Origin: an uncultured Chloroflexia bacterium
GTDB lineage: Bacteria; Chloroflexota; Chloroflexia; Thermomicrobiales; UBA6265
DNA length: 64,000 nucleotides
Direction: 5' to 3'
Assembly: GCA_963724295.1 (NCBI GenBank)
Contig: CAVRUC010000001.1
Span: 128,001 to 192,000 of the forward strand
Each line of letters begins with the position of its first letter. Positions within the stretch are counted from its first letter, which is position 1. The position numbers were made by a program, and so were the translations under genes. A model generated the notes under the pieces. That model did no database searches. It was not told where the DNA came from and saw only the letters and a program-made list of their open reading frames with translations. This document shows positions 58,460 to 64,000 of this stretch, piece after piece.

Positions 58460-59539
58460 TCATGGCAGCGGCGTTCCTACGGCAACAGGGCTCTCCAGGT
58501 CGAGCGGCTCGTACGGCGCGTAGCCGGTCAACTCGACGTAGCCGAGTCCGGCGACTGATCTGCCATGATGCGTTGCCGCGACGACGGCCTCCCCCTCCCA
58601 ATAGATCACCCCGGTCGTCGCCCGCGTGTCCAGCTCCTGATCAGGGAGCGACGGCGTGATCGTCATGGCCAGCTCGTGGTCCGGAACGGCGATGGTCCAA
58701 CCCGACGGATACGTGGTGCCGGTTTGCGGACTCGTCCACTCCCCATCCGCGGTAACGACGAAATCGCCTTCACCGAGAACGGAGAGCTCGCCATCGGAGC
58801 TAACGATCGAGCCGTCGACGCGCAGAGTCCGGCCCTTGGCATCGCGAATCAGGTAAAGCATCGCGTCCGTCCCATCCTCGAGCTGGACCGAAAACCAGTC
58901 CCACCCGCCCTCCTGGTAGGTCGCGAAGTCTCCCCACTGATGGTCCATCCAGGCCTCGCCGGTAACCTGCTGCCAGCCCTGTCCGAGATCGAGCGCGCCG
59001 GTGACATCCATCCGCGTCCAGGAGTAGTAGTACGACGCGGTGCCATTGCCGTAGTCGATGTAGCCGTCTCCGTCGTGCAGCGCGGCCGGTTTCGTCGCAT
59101 CGACGTCGAGGCGCATGGCATAGCCAGGCATGTCGGCCGCCAGCGCGAACTGGCCGTCGCCGCCCCGCATCGTCCATCCATTCAGGTCGAGGTCGAGGAC
59201 CGCGGCTTCGCCCACGACTCCGGCTGCGCCGCGCAGACGCTGGTCGTAGCGGAAGCGCTGGCGCGGGTTGTCCGTGATCGCGAAGTGGGACACGTACCCT
59301 TCGAGATCGTCGCTCCGGGCGCGAAAGGTGACGTACTCGAATCCGTAGCGGTCGCCTTCCTCGGTGAAGAGGTGCCCGGTGAAGTACCACCACTCCACAT
59401 CGACGTCATGCGGCCCGTCATCACGCGGAAAGGCGACCGGGACCGGCGCATCGGACGCGACCGGGGTTCCCGGCCATTGGTGAGCCGCGGCGGCCGGCGC
59501 CGAAAGCGCGAGCATCAGCAGGCACGCCAGCAGCCTCAC
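58460..59539 (-). CDS. Secreted AttH/CrtC-like lipocalin-domain protein
   Basis: Signal peptide; FPRDDGPH, EWWYFTG, YYYSW, WMDHQWG, GWDWF, DQEL, YWEG, GYVELTGY. GTGA overlap with the MMPL gene. Confidence 0.88.
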   Translation of the reverse strand: MRLLACLLMLALSAPAAAAHQWPGTPVASDAPVPVAFPRDDGPHDVDVEWWYFTGHLFTEEGDRYGFEYVTFRARSDDLEGYVSHFAITDNPRQRFRYDQRLRGAAGVVGEAAVLDLDLNGWTMRGGDGQFALAADMPGYAMRLDVDATKPAALHDGDGYIDYGNGTASYYYSWTRMDVTGALDLGQGWQQVTGEAWMDHQWGDFATYQEGGWDWFSVQLEDGTDAMLYLIRDAKGRTLRVDGSIVSSDGELSVLGEGDFVVTADGEWTSPQTGTTYPSGWTIAVPDHELAMTITPSLPDQELDTRATTGVIYWEGEAVVAATHHGRSVAGLGYVELTGYAPYEPLDLESPVAVGTPLP

Positions 59540-61761
59540 ACGGATTCCTCGACCAGCGGTCGTGCCGGCAACAGCCGGTGCAATGGCGATGGCAGCCACC
59601 AGTTCCACTCACCCAGCAATCGCATGGTCGACGGCACGAGCAGGGCTCGTACCACCGTGGCGTCCAGGAAGACCGCCAGCGCGATCCCGAAGCCAAGCGC
59701 CTTGATCAAGACCACGTCGGCGGTGACGAACGACCCGGCGACCACCACCACCAGCAGTGCCGCCGAGGTGATGATTCGCCCCGATCGCTGCAACCCGACG
59801 GCCACCGCCTGCGTGTTGTCTCCAGTCCGTTCCCATTCCTCACGAATGCGCGAGAGGAGGAAGACCTCGTAGTCCATACTCAGTCCGAAGAGAACGCAGA
59901 ACATGATCACCGGCAGCGACGCCTCCACGAAGCCGAGACCGGTGAACCCCAGGAAGCCGCCCAGGTTCCCCTCCTGGAAGACCCAGACCAGGGCGCCGTA
60001 GGAGGCCAGGATCGACAGCCCGTTCATGAGCACCGCCTTCAATGGCAGCAGCACTGAGCGGAACAGCACCAGCAACACCAGATAGGTGGCGGCGACCACG
60101 AGGGCGATCGCCTTCGGGAAGTCGGCGTACATCTCGGCGACCACGTCGACGATCTCGGCCGTGCCGCCGTCCACCTGCACCGTCAGCCCGGGCAGCTCCA
60201 TCGCTCGCAACTCGGCGAGCAGCGCCTTGTTCTCCTCGTCGTTCGGCAGGAAGGAGCTATAGGCCACAATCACGGCCGAATTGTCATTGGCGAGCCGACC
60301 GGCGCCGGTGCCGACTCCGAGCCGGTTCAGACCTCGTTGCAGCAGGGCGACCCCGATGGCCTGCTCGCGCGGCAGGGTCGGGGGCGCGATGCTCTGCACC
60401 CGGGTCACGCGAGGGTCACTGGCCAACCTGGCGCCGACGGCGTAGATCGAACCCAGATGCTCCGTGGTGAACAGGTCGCCCGGCGATTCTGACTGCACGA
60501 CGATCAGGAACGGGGAGATCTCCCCGGCGCCGAACTCCGCTACCAGCGTGTCGAACGCTTGCCGCGACGGCAGATCGGGGGGCAGGATCGTGGCGTCGGG
60601 CGACGAGATATTGACGCGCAGAAACGGGGACCCGAGCAGCAAGAGCAGCGCCAGCGTCGGGATCAGCACCGCGAGCGGCCGCGCCATCACCGCGAGTGAG
60701 AGGCGCACCCAGAACCCGTCCCCGGCGGTGTCGTCGCGCGGTGGCCGGATGGCGAAGCGATCGATCCTGGTCCCCACCAGCGAGAGCAATGCCGGCAGGA
60801 GCGTCAGCGCGGCCACGGTCGACCAGGCCACCACGATGACCCCAGCGATGCCGACCGAGCGCAGGAACAGGAAGTCGAACAGTGTCAGACCCATCAAGCC
60901 GATCAAGACCGTGGCGCCGGAGAAGAAGACCGCCTTACCCGCCGTGGCGATCGTCCGCTCGACCGCCAGTGGCACGCTGCCGCCATTCCTCGCCAGCTCC
61001 TCGCGGAAGCGCGAGGTGACGAACAGCGAGTAGTCGACCGAAAGCCCCAGACCGAGCATGGTCGCCAGGTTGAGCACGAAAATCGAGAGGTCGGTCACTC
61101 GCGTCGCCGCGAAGATCGAGACGAGCACCAGCGTAACCCCGGCCGCCCCGATCGCCAGTGGCATCAACGCGGCGACGACGGAGCTGAATACCAGCAGCAG
61201 CGCGATCAGGGCGATGGGGAAGACGATCACTTCGGCGCGGCGCAGATCGCGCTGGCTCACGGTCTCGATGTCCCGGTAGAAGACGCCCGCTCCCGCGACA
61301 GACATCCGTACCTCGTCCTGCGGCACGAGCGCGGCTTCGAACTCCGGCACCAGGCGCTGCGCGTCTTCCGGTTCGGCAGAGAGCCCGACCACGGCGTAGG
61401 CGGTGTCGCCGTCGTCGGAGATCAGATTCGGGTCGGTCGTGGGAAGAATGATCCCGGTGACACCCGGCAAGGTCCGGACTCCGGCCAGGGAGCGATCGAC
61501 CGCGGCCTGGAACGCGGGGTCATTGGCCCTCAGCGCCTCGGACTGATAGACGACCAGGAGGGTTGACGGTGCAAACCCGAGCTCGCGCTGCAGCACCTCA
61601 CGGGCACGCGCGGCCTCCGTGTTCGGCGAGGAGAAGCCTCCGACTTTCAGCGAACCCGCCACGCGGGGCAGAACCGGGAGCGATAGCAAGAGCGCCGCAC
61701 CCCAGACGATCAGGATCGCCCACCGCCAGCGGTACGCCATCCGGCCGAGCAACGAAAACAT
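59536..61761 (-). CDS. MMPL-family RND transporter
   Basis: LGLGLSVDYSLF, TAGKAVFFSG, FGLSMDYEVFLLSRIREE, GRIITSAA, LDATVVR, NWWLP. Confidence 0.95.
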   Translation of the reverse strand: MFSLLGRMAYRWRWAILIVWGAALLLSLPVLPRVAGSLKVGGFSSPNTEAARAREVLQRELGFAPSTLLVVYQSEALRANDPAFQAAVDRSLAGVRTLPGVTGIILPTTDPNLISDDGDTAYAVVGLSAEPEDAQRLVPEFEAALVPQDEVRMSVAGAGVFYRDIETVSQRDLRRAEVIVFPIALIALLLVFSSVVAALMPLAIGAAGVTLVLVSIFAATRVTDLSIFVLNLATMLGLGLSVDYSLFVTSRFREELARNGGSVPLAVERTIATAGKAVFFSGATVLIGLMGLTLFDFLFLRSVGIAGVIVVAWSTVAALTLLPALLSLVGTRIDRFAIRPPRDDTAGDGFWVRLSLAVMARPLAVLIPTLALLLLLGSPFLRVNISSPDATILPPDLPSRQAFDTLVAEFGAGEISPFLIVVQSESPGDLFTTEHLGSIYAVGARLASDPRVTRVQSIAPPTLPREQAIGVALLQRGLNRLGVGTGAGRLANDNSAVIVAYSSFLPNDEENKALLAELRAMELPGLTVQVDGGTAEIVDVVAEMYADFPKAIALVVAATYLVLLVLFRSVLLPLKAVLMNGLSILASYGALVWVFQEGNLGGFLGFTGLGFVEASLPVIMFCVLFGLSMDYEVFLLSRIREEWERTGDNTQAVAVGLQRSGRIITSAALLVVVVAGSFVTADVVLIKALGFGIALAVFLDATVVRALLVPSTMRLLGEWNWWLPSPLHRLLPARPLVEESV

Positions 61762-61782
61762 CGATTGGTTCTCTAAACCTCT

Positions 61783-62163
61783 CTAGAGATGTTCCGGAAC
61801 CGGTTCGCCGATCGCGACGAACGTTCCATCCGCCGCTCGTTCGATCCGGCAGATGCGGCGCACCGCATGGCGCTCGAGCGGGCCGTGGATGTGAGGAAAT
61901 CGCCGCTTGTCGTCCTCATACGTCACCGGAGCCGCGACCTGCTCCAGATCGACCTCGAGCACCAGGTATGGCCTCGGGTCGTCCCGGTAATAGCGGTTTC
62001 CCACCTCGATCACGAGGTCGCGCCCGTGCGTGCAGTGGATGAATCCTTCGCCGGAGAACCCGTCCGGCAGGTATTGAGTCTCGTCTTTCTGAGCCAGCCA
62101 GACCTCTTCGGGGACGAGGTGGAGCGTCACCGCCGGTTCTCGCTCACGGCTACTTTCAGGCAT
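61783..62163 (-). CDS. DUF952 protein
   Basis: EGFIHCT and FPHIHGPL. Confidence 0.85.
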   Translation of the reverse strand: MPESSREREPAVTLHLVPEEVWLAQKDETQYLPDGFSGEGFIHCTHGRDLVIEVGNRYYRDDPRPYLVLEVDLEQVAAPVTYEDDKRRFPHIHGPLERHAVRRICRIERAADGTFVAIGEPVPEHL

Positions 62164-62491
62164 GACGTCGATTTCCCGGCAGCTGCCCAATCCTTCACCG
62201 GACCGCACATGTCATCATGCGGCGCTCGCGACGGCCAAGGGTACATGGCCTGGTCCCGTGTCGTCGCACGACCGCGTTTGAGGTGCATGAGCGGGTCCCG
62301 TTTCGTTCCGTCGGAATGACGATCCGTCCACGGGCATAGGCTTGCCACGGCCGGCGGCAGCGACGGGCAAAGAATCGCACCCCGAGTGCTCGCGGCATCG
62401 AATCTGCGTTTATCGGCGTCGGAGGCCCGATCAGGACGGCCTCGTCTTCCTTGCCGCCGACCCACCACACGAACCTGTGCTGGAGCTCTCG

Positions 62492-63448
62492 ATGCCCGGA
62501 TGCCTCGAGTTCGATGCCGCGATCGTCGGCGGCGGCCCCGCCGGGCTGGCGGCGGCGATCAACCTCGCCCGTGCCCTGCGCTCGGTGCTGGTCTGCGACC
62601 GCCCTCAGCCAGGGCGGTCGGACTACCCGCAGGTCAACCACAACTATCTGGGTTTCCCGGAGGGGGTGCCGGCGCGGGAGTTGCGCGCGCGGGGAACGGC
62701 GCAGGCGGAGCGGTATGGCGCGCGGGTCTGTGGTGCCGAGGTGGTGGCGATCAGAAGGACGGCTGACAGGTTCACCCTGGAGGGGTCAAACGGCGAGCGC
62801 TACCAGGCGCGCGGGGTGATCCTCGCCACGGGAGTCCGCGACAACTGGACGCGCTTCCCCGGGTTCGAGGCGTTCATCGGCCGCAGCTTGCACTGGTGCA
62901 TCGTCTGCGACGGGTACGAGATGCGAGGCAAGCGGGTGGTGGTAGCCGGCAACGACGACGATGCGGCGACGATGGCGGTGCAGCTGCGCCGCTTCACGCC
63001 GGACGTGACGCTGGTGACCAATGACGGCGCGCTGGGGCTGACGCCGGAGGCCGCCGATCGGCTGGCGCGGCGGGACCTGCCGGCGGTGATCGGGCGGATC
63101 ACCTGCGGGCAGGCGCGAGCCGGCGAGCCGGGGATGCTAGCGTCCCTGCGGCTGGAGGACGGGCGGGAGCTGCCAGCGGAGCACCTCTTCAGCCATCAAG
63201 GGGCAACGCCGCAGACCGCGCTGGCGCGATCGCTGGGGGTGGCGCTGAGCGGCGGTGGCTACATCACCGTCGATACCGAGCAGCGGACCAGCGAGCCGTT
63301 CGTCTACGCGGCGGGGGACTGTACCCGGTTACTGGCCCACCAGATCGTGACGGCGGCGCACGAGGGTGCGACGGCGGCGCAGACGCTCAACTACGACCTG
63401 TTCGAGGCGGACGAGCTCAAGGACGAAATCGGGGCGAGGGTCGCATGA
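62492..63448 (+). CDS. Thioredoxin reductase-like FAD-dependent oxidoreductase
   Basis: VGGGPAGL, NYLGFP, ILATG, CIVCDGYE, YAAGD, AAHEGATAA. Confidence 0.88.
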   Translation: MPGCLEFDAAIVGGGPAGLAAAINLARALRSVLVCDRPQPGRSDYPQVNHNYLGFPEGVPARELRARGTAQAERYGARVCGAEVVAIRRTADRFTLEGSNGERYQARGVILATGVRDNWTRFPGFEAFIGRSLHWCIVCDGYEMRGKRVVVAGNDDDAATMAVQLRRFTPDVTLVTNDGALGLTPEAADRLARRDLPAVIGRITCGQARAGEPGMLASLRLEDGRELPAEHLFSHQGATPQTALARSLGVALSGGGYITVDTEQRTSEPFVYAAGDCTRLLAHQIVTAAHEGATAAQTLNYDLFEADELKDEIGARVA

Positions 63449-63470
63449 GCGGATCACGTGGTCACCGACT

Positions 63471-64000
63471 CTAGGACCAGTTCTTGTCCGAGCGCAGCTG
63501 CAATCGCTTGGCGGCCGCGACGATGTCACCCAGATCCACCGGGTCGCTGAACGGATCCTCGTCGAGCTCGGTGACGCGGTTCAGCTCGCGCTGCCAGCGG
63601 CGCAGCTCGGCGACGTAGGGCTCGAACGGGACCCGGCGCAGGTCACCGCCTTCCTCGACCACATCACAGATCCCGTTGTGCAGCCACTCTCCCGAGTGCC
63701 AATTGGGCATGTCGACCGCCGGGAAGAGGCAGACGCCGTGCAGGTCGATCCCCTGCCGCACAGCGGCCAGCGACTCCTCGACGATGTCTTTGAGCCAATC
63801 CGGACGGCCGGCGCCCATACCGCTGGTCTCGCCGACGATCATCGGTCGCCGGTATCGCTCCCAGGCCCAGGTCAGCAGCTCCCCCAGCGGTTTGATGCGA
63901 GGGTCGTCGGGCGGCAAGGCGGCGTGTGGACCCTGCTCGCGAAACTCCATCTGCCCGAACGAGTAGCAGTTGACGCCGACGATATCGAGGATCTCCGGCG
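63471..64000 (-). CDS. Glycoside hydrolase family 1-like protein, 5' truncated by window edge
   Basis: LDIVGVNCY, ERYRRPMIVGETS, GVCLFP. Confidence 0.6.
   Translation of the reverse strand, partial: PEILDIVGVNCYSFGQMEFREQGPHAALPPDDPRIKPLGELLTWAWERYRRPMIVGETSGMGAGRPDWLKDIVEESLAAVRQGIDLHGVCLFPAVDMPNWHSGEWLHNGICDVVEEGGDLRRVPFEPYVAELRRWQRELNRVTELDEDPFSDPVDLGDIVAAAKRLQLRSDKNWS

Noticed and set aside
58565..59872. 435-aa plus-strand ORF
   Set aside because: Antisense shadow of the AttH-like and MMPL genes.
1..64000. rRNA, tRNA, transposase, integrase or prophage genes
   Set aside because: No cloverleaf or rRNA signatures and no DDE, tyrosine or serine recombinase or phage structural motifs were recognised by eye.

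Overview
This is high-GC bacterial chromosomal DNA with dense core and housekeeping genes. The gene repertoire and protein styles suggest Chloroflexota, probably Thermomicrobiales; this taxonomy is inferred, not searched. Contents in order: SH3 protein and FAD oxidoreductase; rsgA; a Tat-type 60-Cys repeat protein; a split lipoate ligase; NlpC/P60; USP-trkA-trkA-coaX-GNAT; a his operon (hisG, C, B, H, A, F, IE, no hisD) running into a HIT/Nudix ORF; MFS; pckA; two PLP aminotransferases; form II coxSLM; rmlA/D/B; a PD-(D/E)XK-like unknown; a GtrA/GT-C/flavoenzyme glycosylation cluster; S41 protease; rplU-rpmA-rpmE; ppa; malQ-GH57 and treS-maltokinase; ArsR; sirtuin; mutM; M48; an MMPL plus AttH/lipocalin pair; DUF952; a TrxB-like enzyme; and a partial glycoside hydrolase. 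I saw no rRNA, tRNA, CRISPR array, transposase or prophage. At least five genes carry a single extra base (+1 frameshift), most likely assembly errors. The most unusual items are: the six-fold knottin-like Cys-repeat exported protein, the HisI-tandem divergent HisE(-HIT-Nudix) architecture, the GT-C glycosylation module, the MMPL-AttH pair, the PD-(D/E)XK-like unknown, and several octamer-repeat/inverted-repeat elements at operon junctions. All calls come from motif recognition by eye; no database searches were run.
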